64,000 nucleotides of DNA from Octopus vulgaris (taxonomy: Eukaryota), in the NCBI GenBank assembly GCA_951406725.2, contig OX597823.1, positions 110,732,001-110,796,000 on the forward strand. Direction: 5' to 3'. A model generated the notes under the pieces. It had not been told where the DNA came from and searched no databases. It was given only the letters and a program-made list of their open reading frames with translations. Below are positions 1-11,150 of this stretch, piece by piece (position 1 is the first letter of the stretch; each line of letters begins with the position of its first letter). The position numbers were made by a program, and so were the translations under genes.

Positions 1-403
1 TCGTCTTTCCCTTCAGAAGAAAACTGTCTCTCAAGCAAGATTGTTTATAGTGCAGCTGTAACCACTAATACAAAACCAACTACTACAACTGCATAGGTAG
101 AGTTTACATCAAACCAACTGCAAACACGATACAACAAACACACGATTTTCGGAACCCAAACAGGAAAAAAATGATACATCTCTATCTAGATATATATGGA
201 GTTTAAAATCAGGACATATTCCATTCACCATTAACTGGAATATATTGTCACAAACACAATCATACAAAGGTAAAAACAAATCGTACAAAGACTGCACCAA
301 TGAATCCTACCAGATTCTTAGATTGAAAAACCAAACTATGAACCGAAACTCCGAATTAGTCTCCTCTTGTAAGCAAAAAATCGTTAAAACTTCAAACCTA
401 TAA
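1..403 (+). mobile_element. Penelope-like element (PLE) C-terminal GIY-YIG endonuclease region, degraded; runs off the window start
   Basis: Manual translation with one stop and one frameshift: ENCLSSKIVYSAAVTT...TRYNKH / DFRNPNRKKNDTSLSRYIWSLKSGHIPFTINWNILSQTQSY...MNRNSELVSSCKQK. This matches the PLE pattern CL..IVY.A.V..., T.LS.YIW.LK...I.W.IL, N.RSEL.S.C. Confidence 0.75.
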
Positions 404-958
404 ATCTTTCTAACGGCTTTGTATGAAAATACCCCACCACCTTCTTTCTCTTATTTCTACTTTATCCATTAACTACAATCTTAATAAAACATGAACATCC
501 ATATAACCCAACACAAAACAAGGCATGCAGAAATTATCTATGAGTTCCCAAATTTTCAAAAAGTTGTCACAAAATTTTCTAACAAAAGTCCACACATATA
601 TTTATGCAAGGAGAGTGAAAGAATAACGTGGTTTAGAGTTTCCGGGGAATTTTCTTATAATGCCCAACTTTTGAATATTTTAATATGTAAATATAACATA
701 CTATAAAATGTACCCATGCCTGAAACCGAATACAAGAAATATCTATAAGAAACAGCTTACAAAATTTTTATGCAAAAACGTTAAACTTATTTACAGTAAC
801 CAAATATTCTTCAGAAGAATGATTCCCTGTGACAAATATACATGTCAACAACTTTTAAACGTGCCTATATTATTCTTGTGAGCATTAAAACATTTAATTA
901 ACAATTCTTTCATACTAATATAATTGTGACATATGAAACACCTTCCCACTAATACCAA

Positions 959-1722
959 ACCTATTTCTTTACTACCCACAGGGGGCTAAACACAGAGGGG
1001 AATAAAAAAGGACAGACAAACTGATTAAGTCGATTACATCGACCCCAGTGCGTAACTGGTACTTAATTTATCGACTCCGAAAGGATGGATGGCAAAGTCG
1101 ACCTCGGCGGAATTTGAACTCAGAACGTAGCAGCAGACAAAATACCTATTTCTTTATTACCCACAAGGGGCTAAACACAGAGGGGACAAACAAGGACAGA
1201 CATAGGTATTAAGTCGATTACATCGACCCCAGTGTGTAACTGGTACTTAATTTATCGACTCCGAAAGGATGGATGGCAAAGTCGACCTCGGCGGAATTTG
1301 AACTCAGAACGTAGCGGCAGACAAAATACCTATTTCTTTATTACCCACAAGGGGCTAAACACAGAGGGGACAAACAAGGACAGACATAGGTATTAAGTCG
1401 ATTACATCGACCCCAGTGCGTAACTGGTACTTTAATTTATCGACCCCGAAAGGATGAAAGGCAAAGTCGACTTCGGCGGAATTTGAACTCAGAACGTAGC
1501 GGCAGACAAAATACCTATTTCTTTATTACCCACAAGGGGCTAAACACAGAGGGGACAAACAAGGACAGACATAGGTATTAAGTCGATTACATCGACCCCA
1601 GTGCGTAACTGGTACTTTAATTTATCGACCCCGAAAGGATGAAAGGCAAAGTCGACCTCGGCGGAATTTGAACTCAGAACGTTGCGGCAGACAAAATACC
1701 GTTAAGCATTTCATCCGGCGCT
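959..1722 (-). mobile_element. tRNA-derived SINE (family A), head-to-tail tetramer of an ~180-bp body
   Basis: Four consecutive copies of cctatttcttta...gaactcagaacgt..gcagacaaaatac with a single partial head at the right end. Flanking direct repeat ctaataccaa at 949-958 and 1723-1732 is a candidate TSD. Confidence 0.9.
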
Positions 1723-2199
1723 CTAATACCAACCTGCCAACTAACTTAATCTTACCATACACTTACATTTCTTTGTGAACCCTTAAACACCAATACCCTA
1801 AATTTTGATATACCAAGATTGACACCAAAATGCGTTCTCTTAGATTTAACCTTCACAATCTTAAAACAAAAAGTAAACATTCCACTAATATCTAAATAAA
1901 CCAACATCAACAAAACCAAGTGAGAGATCTGTCCAAGAATTTAACGTCGTCCTTTTGTGAACATATATGACCTAAAGAGGACACACCGAAAAATACATGC
2001 CTAGTTACGCAACTCTACATGCATCAATAAATTCTAACAATTAGCACGTTCCCAAATTTAATCCATAAGAATCCTTCGCACCATCCAGCCACTACAACTT
2101 ACCATACACCATAATTACCATTCAACAGGACTCAGGTTACCCAGGAAAATTATAAACTTAATAGAGACTATATAAAGCCAATATGAACTTAAATGATTT

Positions 2200-2244
2200 A
2201 CTGTCCGATGATGCTTTAGCTGACCGAAGCTTCGAAGTCACTGT
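2200..2244 (+). ncRNA. Degenerate minimal hammerhead-like motif at the probable 3' pLTR of the PLE relic
   Basis: actgt-CCGATGA-tgctttagctgacc-GAAGC-ttcgaa-GTC-actgt. The CUGAUGA and GAAAC cores each have one mismatch, and the loop ttcgaa is palindromic. Confidence 0.4.
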
Positions 2245-2266
2245 TGATGCTGCTCTTGGTAAAGAA

Positions 2267-2300
<34 letters not shown>

Positions 2301-2304
<4 letters not shown>

Positions 2305-2680
2305 TCAGCATCCTCGTTTAACGTCCGCTTTCCATGCTGGCATGGGTTGGATGATTTTACTGAGGACTGGCGAACCAGATGCCTGCACCAGGCTCCAATC
2401 TTGATCTGGAAGAGTTTCTACAGCTGGATGCCCTTCCTAACACCAACCACTCCGAGAGTGTAGTGGGTGCTTTTATGTGCCACCGGCACGAGGGCCAGTC
2501 AGGCGGTACTGGCAACGGCCACGCCCAAATGGTTTTTTTTTTACATGCCACCTGCACACAAGCACAAGTGCCAGTAAGGCGACGCTCGTAACGATCACGC
2601 TCGAATGGTGCTTTGTACGTTCCACCGGCACGGACGCCAGTTAGCCGCTCTGGCAACGATCACTAGCACGGATGCCAGTC
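2301..2680 (-). mobile_element. Family C non-autonomous retroposon (RTE-like tail, internal ~65-bp modules), 5'-truncated
   Basis: Same sequence as 10783-11150, 46473-46757 and 60850-61238. The minus strand contains aggaagggcatccagctgtagaaac and ends ggacgttaaacga..gatg. Confidence 0.8.
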
Positions 2681-3084
2681 ATATTTTCATACACATATTG
2701 CACCTGAAAATTTTTTATCTGAAACTGCATGCTGAAACTAATATTGTTGTTCCCTAGGAGAATTATACTGACAAAAAACACGTGCGTATAGTTTATATCA
2801 ATTTTAGTTTTTTTTTTATTACATAGTTGTCAAGAAATGGTCGTCACACCACTGTGACCTTCTCAATAATTCTAAATTTGCTATCTTTTGTGTTTGTTGT
2901 ATTGTTAAGATTCTGAGTTTGTTGTCACATTATTGCCATATTTTCCTTGTCTGTTTTTGTTTCTTCTTTTCATTTGCTTGGATTTGTAGCGTAGCTGATA
3001 TCCTCACTGTTTGAGAGATATATCAGAAATAATTTCGTGTTAGAAAGCAACCATCTTCGGCTATTTTGACCCTGTTGTGTCCAC

Positions 3085-3160
3085 TGCTCTGATTGGTTGA
3101 CATTAGCGCAATTTATCGCTTGACTTATTTCGCGCCAGTGTGTAAGCCATCCAATCACGG
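3085..3160. promoter_or_regulatory. Candidate promoter module: inverted CCAAT, E2F-type site, CCAAT
   Basis: ctgattggtt (3089-3098), tttcgcgcc (3128-3136) and ccaatca (3151-3157) in a locally CpG-containing non-microsatellite patch. Motif match only. Confidence 0.3.
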
Positions 3161-4318
3161 CCTTCGGATAAGGTCCCGTGGCACTGTCTTTTTGGGTTGT
3201 CACTGGAGCCTTTAGGAGGTCGTTTTCCCTACAGATTTGTTTCTTAGTGACAACAGAAGAACATAAGTTGTTAGACTGTGTGTCAGTGTGTGACTGTGTG
3301 ATGGTTGAATCTAGCTGCTTTTATTCTATTTTATTCTTATTTTTGTATTATTATGCCTGATGTGACTGACGGTTACAGGTAACGGAGGTGTTGTTACTTC
3401 ATGCTTTCTACTGAGTTAGGAGTGACTGGTCAGAAACCGTTTCCGGTATGTGTACTCCTGTAAATTTTTGTAGTGTTAAATCATTTGGACTTATGGAAGG
3501 AATTTTATACTTCAATTTTGTTTATTAATCCATTGTATTTGTATAAGAAATGTTGATAGATTACCAATGGCATTGCATTCCCGATTAGAATCCATATATG
3601 GGGAAGCATGCTAGCATGTAAGGGGCCCATCCCCTCAAGTTTAAGAATTTTTAATTCACTCCTGGAAGAATGCATTACTTCAGCCTGACTGTGTTTATAG
3701 CATCGTAGTCGCGGGAAGCCCTCCCCACCCCCATGTAGTTGCGGGTGGGCTCACTTAGTCTCCAATATTTTTAGTCCCAGTCCTCCATTGGCTGCAATTT
3801 CCAAAATCCTAGCATTTCGGACATTTGGTTAAAAATATCGATGTCTTGAAATAAATGGTTTACCTTTTTACTAACACATACTCCACAGGGCCAGTTTGAA
3901 AGAAGACTGCCATGCGGTTATGTCGAAGAATGTTTAAGACTTGAGGGTGTGATTTTACATGTCATCTGTTATGTTTATTTTATGAAGTAAATTTGTTTAG
4001 AAGGCACTTTTGCATATTTTTTCCTCTTTGCTTATACAAATAAATTTGTTGATAAAAATATATCTTGCAACAATTCTCAAATAATTTTTTGAAGTCTTCA
4101 CAATTTACATAAATGTATATAAGACTTGTCATCTGATTGCTAAAGATTAGATTCACTCTGCAATGCATTTCTTATTTTATGAAATTTTAATCAAAATATC
4201 TATCAACTCGTTTTGCAAGATTCCTGATGTGAAATCGTGCGTTGAAACAGATATTGTTGCATATCGGGATAGTCATTTTATTTATTTATTTATTTATTTA
4301 TTATTATTATTATTAATA

Positions 4319-4382
<64 letters not shown>

Positions 4383-4686
4383 TACTATTATTATTTATCT
4401 TTTTTTTTTTTTTTTTGCTATCGCGTTAAAATAATAAAATCACAGTGATAAATGTGTGAAGAAGAATTGTATAGTGCGTGTGCTTATTCGGCAAAAAAGT
4501 AAATAAAATGACCATCCCAAAATACAACAATATAAATCAGTGCAGTTTTAGGACTATCTCTTTTATTTTTTACTAGGATTTGTAATTTAAATAATGGTTA
4601 CCCTCGTTGAAAGTCAATATGCTTGCATACACAAATATACACAAACACATACATATACATACATTACATGCGCACACGCACGTATA

Positions 4687-4825
4687 AAGGTGGGCAAAAG
4701 TAGGTCTATAGTTGATTAAAATGAGTGGAATGTTCTTTTCATTTCTTATCATAAAAAAGAAATAGAAAAACGAAAAGAATATTCACCTCAAATTAAGCAA
4801 AATATACCTACTTTTGCCCACCCAG
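4687..4825. mobile_element. Tc1/mariner-type MITE (~140 bp)
   Basis: Terminal inverted repeats ggtgggcaaaagtaggt / acctacttttgcccacc, with TA dinucleotides on both sides. Confidence 0.8.
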
Positions 4826-4924
4826 TATAGAAGAAATGGTGTCGAATAGTAATCATTCAAATGAACTTAAATCCATTTTAATCTTTTAACACAATAATAT
4901 TTGTATGATGAAGTTACGAGTCAG

Positions 4925-5180
4925 TCGCTATGATAGATCGTTAGCCACTACACACATTTTTTCTCTCTCTTTTTCTCTCCTTTTCCATCTCCTTTTTTCT
5001 TTCCTTTTGTCTCTCCTTTTTTCTCTCCTTGTTTCTTTCTGTGTCCTTTTCTGTAGAAGAGCGTAGGCTCGAAACGTAAAAGACTTTTTCTATTCCTGAG
5101 CGTTATATTAATACATCTGTTTGTTTTGTACACCACCTCTCTTCGTCTTTTGTTTTTTTTTTTCGTAAACTCTCCCTACG
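4925..5180 (+). mobile_element. Short hammerhead-bearing repeat unit (PLE pLTR- or retrozyme-like), copy 1
   Basis: Near-identical to 54354-54557 and to 45290-45478. Contains cttttCTGTAGAagagcgtaggctcGAAAcgTAaaag at 5046-5082. Confidence 0.75.
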
Positions 5181-6374
5181 TATTTTTGTATGTTGGAGGG
5201 ATGTAGCCGCAAGTGTTATTTATTATTCTAGCTGTACTAAAACAGAACAACTGAGTTAAAGTCTGGGTGAAATTGAAAGAAAAGCTCAATGACCACTTAC
5301 ATCTGACCAGCAGAATTATCTCCCTTGATTTTGTCGGAGGACATTTAGAGCATTAACCTCAAATATATTGCCATTTTGTAAATATATACTAAATATATTT
5401 TAATGTTCTAAAAGTTAAACATGATTTTTACCTATAGAAATGTTTCTTTTTTATGTAACTCTTATGTAGCATAGCTCCAACTTATTTAAAAAGTGCTTCT
5501 TTATAAATACTATCTATCATAGATATGGTTTAGCAGAACGATTAGGAAGCTAACTGTTCAATTTATGGACAATGTAACGTTAATCTATTCGGATCAAATG
5601 ACTCGTTAGGTTATCAGGTTAAAAGCTTTCTTTCATATATATATGATGTTGGCTCGAAAAGAACCTTTACTAAACTATTCACAGTATTAGTTAGTTAAAA
5701 GTAATGGCCCAACATTAAACTGGTCAAAAGATATCTTATTTGTAAGCCCAATGCTAAATATAAACGCATTTCACTTATACTTATATCGAGTTACACACAC
5801 TCTCCGCACGCACACAAACAAACATATGAATGTAAGCGTGCATTTTTGTTTTTCTATTGTGGTTTTGTTTTGTGAGATGTAAAGTTATATAGGGATTAAT
5901 ATACGCTGATTTTTTAAGTGCATGCTCTTACCTGATATTTTCTTATCGAACGAACATTCTCGGTTGGGATGGTGCAGTAATCACCATAAAATGTGTCCTT
6001 GAGAGCAATATCCTTAGCCCATTCAAATATGCACAAATCATATTTTAAGATCGTTTTGTGTTGTAGTCCATGTCCCGTCTGCGATTTGATTTACATCAGA
6101 TTAAATTACAATATCTTTTCATTTTTATATAAGAGTGGTAATCTTGTTCCAAATTTTATTGTTTATTTATATTATTTTTCATTTATGTTCAACGGTGGCA
6201 TTACATAATATACAATTGTGACGTTGCTTAAATGTTTCCAGTGGATGACAAGGGAGTGTCTTGCGTGTAGCTGAACAGAGGACAAATATCTCAAGCTATT
6301 ATGTTACGTAAACCATTGGTTTACCAGTTTTCTCATCAATACTTCTTTTATAAATAGATCCATATACATGCACA

Positions 6375-7110
6375 TCGTATGGAAGGGTGTCCGTTGATCT
6401 CGACGATGAGGAATAAGATTTTCGATCAACGGAATTACCCACTTACTCTCTTTACTCTTTTACTTGTTTCAGTCATTTGACTGTGGCCATGCTGGAGCAC
6501 CGCCTTAAGTCGAGCAAATCGACTCCGGGACTTATTCTTTGTAAGCCCAGTACTTATTCTATCGGTCTCTTTTGCCGAACTGCTAAGTGACGGGAACGTA
6601 TACAGACCAGCATCGGTTGTCAAGCAATACTAGAGGGACAAACACAGACACACAAACATATACTCACTCATGCATACATATATATACATATATACATATA
6701 TACGACAGGCTTCTTTCAGTTTCCGTCTACCAAATCCACTCACAAGGCTATAGTAGAAGACACTTGCCCAAGATGCCACACAGTGGGACTGAACCTGGAA
6801 CCATGTGGTTGATATGCAAGCTACTTACCACACAGCCACTCCTGCTGAATTGACTTGTAAATTTCTGAGCTTTACGCTGACACATGTACCCTTAACGTAA
6901 TTCTCGGGTAGAATCAGTGTGGTGCGGTGTGTAACAAGACTATTACATTGGAATCACAGGAAAATCCATCTCAGAGGCTTTTGTATATTTTCTGTTAACC
7001 AAAGTTGATTCCGGATGTTACTGTCATCTTGAGGCAATAGAAAATGGCATTTGCGCATGATTCCAAGTAGTGAGATTGAACCCAGGACCTAGCAGTCTCG
7101 AAGCAAACTT
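6375..7110 (-). mobile_element. Old tRNA-derived SINE interrupted by a younger family-B SINE
   Basis: Tail hairpin tccgttgatc..gatcaacgga (6393-6434), body acatgtacccttaacgtaattctcgg (about 6880-6910) and a B-box-like gattgaacccagg (about 7075-7087) flank the 6443-6846 insertion. Confidence 0.5.
6443..6846 (-). mobile_element. tRNA-derived SINE (family B) with an internal (TA/CA) microsatellite
   Basis: Minus strand reads caggagtggctgtgtggtaagtagcttgc...ggttccaggttcagtcccactg (A/B-box-like) and ends in an (aaaagagt)n tail. Same family as 7638-8060, 61323-61852 and 62228-62636. Confidence 0.88.
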
Positions 7111-7295
7111 CAACATTTGTTCAACTCCGCATGTGCATATACATATGCATGCTTAATGCACACACACATACGTATATGTAAATATGTATATATTTATACA
7201 TAAATAGGATAAAGCCATTATTTAATGATTTATCAGTGACCAGCGTACTAACAAGACCATAATAATTAATTCATATTTAAGTTTAAATTATAAAA

Positions 7296-7542
7296 TATAA
7301 TTATAAGGACGCTGAAGCGACAACGCCTGTGCGCTAGAAGTAAACCCCAAATGGTCTACAAACCACTTAAGTTATTACTCCATTTCTACAACGTTGTATG
7401 CAAGGAAAATGGACCGAAAAATTTATAAAATTTCGTGCGTTTTTCCCTCTTCAGTAGTAATAACTTAAGTGGCTTGTAGACCATTTGGGGTCTTCTTCTT
7501 GTGTACAGGCATTGCTGCTTCAGCACCCTTATTATAATTATA
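7296..7542. repeat. Foldback element: ~85-bp imperfect inverted arms around a ~76-bp spacer
   Basis: 7296-7379 (tataattataaggacgctgaagc...ccccaaatggtctacaaaccacttaagttattact) is the reverse complement of 7456-7542 (agtaataacttaagtggcttgtagaccatttgggg...gcttcagcacccttattataattata). Confidence 0.85.
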
Positions 7543-7562
7543 CTATATAACTTCACTTATAC

Positions 7563-7637
<75 letters not shown>

Positions 7638-7640
<3 letters not shown>

Positions 7641-7854
7641 TTTTACTCTTTTACTTATTTCAGCCATTTGACTGCGGCCATGCTGGAGCGCCGCCTTTAG
7701 TCGAGTAAATCGACCCCGGGACTTATTCTTTGTAAGCCCAGTACTTATTCTATTGGTCTCTTTTGCCGAACCGCTAAGTGACGGGGACGTAAACACACCA
7801 GCATCGGTTGTCAAGGAATGCTAGGGGGACAAACACAGACACACAGACACACAA

Positions 7855-7887
<33 letters not shown>

Positions 7888-8060
7888 CATATATATGACA
7901 GGCTTCTTTCAGTTTCCGTCTACCAAATCCACTCACAAGGCTTTGGTTGGCCCGGGGCTATAACAGAAGACACTTGCCCAAGATGCCACGCTGTGGGAGA
8001 CTGAACCCGGAACCATGTGGTTAGTAAGCAAGCTACTTACAATACAGCCACTCCTGCGCC
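7638..8060 (-). mobile_element. tRNA-derived SINE (family B), near full length
   Basis: Same head, internal microsatellite and tail as 6443-6846; head ggcgcaggagtggctg at the right end. Confidence 0.9.
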
Positions 8061-8227
8061 TATATATATATACACGTAAATGTCGATACACACGCATTCT
8101 CATACACTCACACAGACGTGCGCACACATGCACAGATATATATGAATATTAGCACTGTCTCGTGTCTTAAGATTCATGGGATCACTGAATCAGTTTCCAA
8201 AGTGCATAAGTGTGATGAGATCAAGAT

Positions 8228-8392
8228 ATCCCCCTTCAATGGGATGACAGTCCATCGCAGGGCTGCTCATTCATATTGAGTGAACTGGAGCAAGATGAAA
8301 TGGTGGGTTTTCTTCAGAATACAACTTGCCGCCCAGCTTGAGAATTGAAAGCACAATGTTGTGAGCAACACCCTAACTCCTGGGCCACATGT
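8228..8392 (-). mobile_element. Degenerate tRNA-derived SINE (family D)
   Basis: Reverse complement resembles 59971-60225 (cagtccatcgcagg, actggagcaa, caccctaac). Confidence 0.55.
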
Positions 8393-9899
8393 ATACATTA
8401 AATATATTTTTCATATATGGAACATAAAAACTACGAGTGGGTTCAAAGTGTTTCTTTAGTTACAGTTTTTGGTACGGAGAAGCAGCCAGTTGAAGCATAA
8501 CTCAACTGGAACGCTGAACAACAACATCATCATTAACAACAACAACAAAAACAACAACAACAACAGTAACAACAACAACAACAACAACAGCAGCAGCAGC
8601 AGCATATTAAAATAATGATATACAATAGCGATATGTGGCTGGTTAGGCTGTTGTTCCAATTAAGTGGATATTTGATTAAAAAGCCAATCAAATAGTATTC
8701 TTTTTCCCGATATTAATAATTACATCAGCACCAGAACTCATTAACATTCTAATGTTTTTCCTTCACTTTATTGTCCGCCCATCGTGTCCTGTCTTACATA
8801 TTATGGTTACCCCTTCGCACTCATTATCCAAATTTTGTTTTCCCTGTAACGTTTATCTCCTTTTACTATCGACTATACCTGCACATTGACATCAACAATG
8901 GCAAGAACAAATGTGCTAAATGAAATGAAGTGGCAACATAAACCACAATAACAACAACAACAGCAACAGTAACACTAGTTAATGATAATCTCCTGTATAG
9001 TCTCTATATTTAGAAATAGCAGCTAAATCTCTTTCATATCACTTTCTACCTGTTTAGAAAAGAACACATTGGGTAACGTGGTCTCAGGATGCCTTCAGGT
9101 AGAAAGAGTAAAATAGATGGAATGATTTGATCAAAGGTATGTTCAATCTTAGTTGACATGGAGCTAAAGAACAACAGCAATAGCTTAAGAAAGATCTTCA
9201 GTGTAAGGGTCTGAATTACAAAAAAAAAAAATAATAATAGACAAACATCTCTCAAATCACATATTACCATTTTAGTGAAGGACATTTTAGGTAAAATAGC
9301 CCTGGGTTATGTGCATATTGTAGAAAGCTGAGATGGTCATGACTAGAGTGACTGATAATAGGGCCGCTTGTGGATGAATAAGAAGAAGCAATAATAAAAA
9401 CCAATGATAGATCTTGTACGAACTTGTAGGGCATACGAGAAATTAAAACATCTACCTCAAATTACAAACTTAACAGCTTAGAAGCAAAAGAACACGTTGG
9501 TCAATGTAATACCAGTTGTGCAAAAAGAGGGGTGATTGTTATAGCTGGAAAGACATTTATTATGATAGTAATGCCTGTAGCTACATATTTTGCATGTCAA
9601 CATAGTAGTATATCTGTGTGTGATTATATGTGTGTGAATAGTGTGTAGGGATTTTATAGCTCAATTAAGAGGTTCAAGATGTGAAGTGCTCAGGAACCTA
9701 GTAAAACTTCAACTAACTCTTATCATACAGTTCTTCCTCCCAGCTGATTCCTTCACTCTTTCATCTTCCTATTTCTAATCTTATATACATATGAATAACA
9801 TAAGATAAACAGTTTTGACCCTTACAAAACAGGAATTTTATGGTCCTATTATTTTTACGATTTATTTTCTGTGCATAACTGTTAATCATAACTGCTACT

Positions 9900-10270
9900 G
9901 AATTTGTCTAAAATTCAAAATGTCTCTGTGCCTTTAGCAGAGTCCATCTTACTGCAATCATTTACTCTTGACGGCCTTGTTATGAATTCGTGGGCATTGT
10001 CCTTTCTCCAGAATTGAAGATAAAAATAAAGTTGCCTCTTATTCTTTGGCATTGGTTAGTCTCACACCATCTCCCCTCTGGTAATCCTAACCCAACTGAT
10101 TCTCCTCTCCTCAGCCTCCATTTTGGGCTTAATTTCCAAATCTGAGATGCTGCACTGACCACGATGTCCAGTCCTTCCTCCTTTCCTAGAATGTCTTCCT
10201 TTTGGAATTCCTTCCTTACCCATGATTTCCTTGAAGCCATCAACATGCAGCTATGCAAAAAATTGAGCTA
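9900..10270 (+). mobile_element. Possible CR1/Daphne-group LINE 3' relic
   Basis: Translation SSFPRMSSFWNSFLTHDFLEAINMQLCKK resembles the ORF2 C-terminal motif SFFPRT..LWNSLP...FP...NLQ.FK. Heavily decayed. Confidence 0.4.
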
Positions 10271-10782
10271 CACCAGTTTCTTTGGTATAGAAGAGTCTAT
10301 GAAACCCACGTCTGAACTCTTTCATCCCCAAAGCAATAAGTTTGTTCGTTTAATAGTCTAATGTTCCATTTTACATACTAGCATGCATCAGATAGGAAAG
10401 TATTTGATGCACATAAGAAACACTTTATTACTCACTCCCTACAACAAAAAGCCAGCCTTTGTGATGCAGGTTTAGCAAAATTAAATACACAACAACATTA
10501 TGAGAGATCTTCTGGGATTGTATGACTCGTATTTTTCTGAAATTGTGGGCTTTGATTTAATGTTTTTCAAGTGTCAGGTGGGTGCAGTACCTGAGTACTT
10601 CCTTGATATGTGGGTAGCTTCAACAGAGTTCTATTTGTTAGAAACATTCAGACAAGTGTGGTAGATTGATAAAATTCCATTTTCGTCCCACCAGTCATTG
10701 AGACTCTGAGAATTGTAACAGACACTGGTCCCCTTCTGTTGATGATAGTATTAATAAAGAATGGTGAATTTTCCCTTGTTAT

Positions 10783-11150
10783 CATCATCATCCATCATCA
10801 TCGTTTAACGTCCGTTTTCCATGCTAGCATGGGTTGGACGGTTCGACTGGGGTCTGGGAAGCCAGGAGGCTGCACCAGGCTCTAGTCTGATGTGGCAGTG
10901 TTTCTACAACTGGATGCCCTTCCTAACGCCAACCACTCCGAGAGTGTAGTGGGTGCTTTTTACGTGCCACTGGCACAGGTGCTAAGGGAGGTGGCAACAA
11001 CCACGATCGGTTGATGGTTTTTATATGCCACCAACACGGAAGCCAGTCAAGGCGGCACTGGCATCGGCCATGTACGGATGGTGCTTTTTACGTGCCACCG
11101 GCACAGGTGCCAGGGTAGGCTGGCAATGGCCACGAACGGTTGGTGCCAGA
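10783..11150 (-). mobile_element. Family C retroposon, 5'-truncated, three internal modules
   Basis: catcatcgtttaacgtccgttttccatgctagcatgggttggacgg... followed by repeated gtgccaccggcac-type modules. Confidence 0.82.

Noticed and set aside
959-1722. CRISPR-like array (also the 20-bp repeats at 21390-21560)
   Set aside because: These are contiguous tandem units without unique spacers, in a eukaryotic context with no cas genes.
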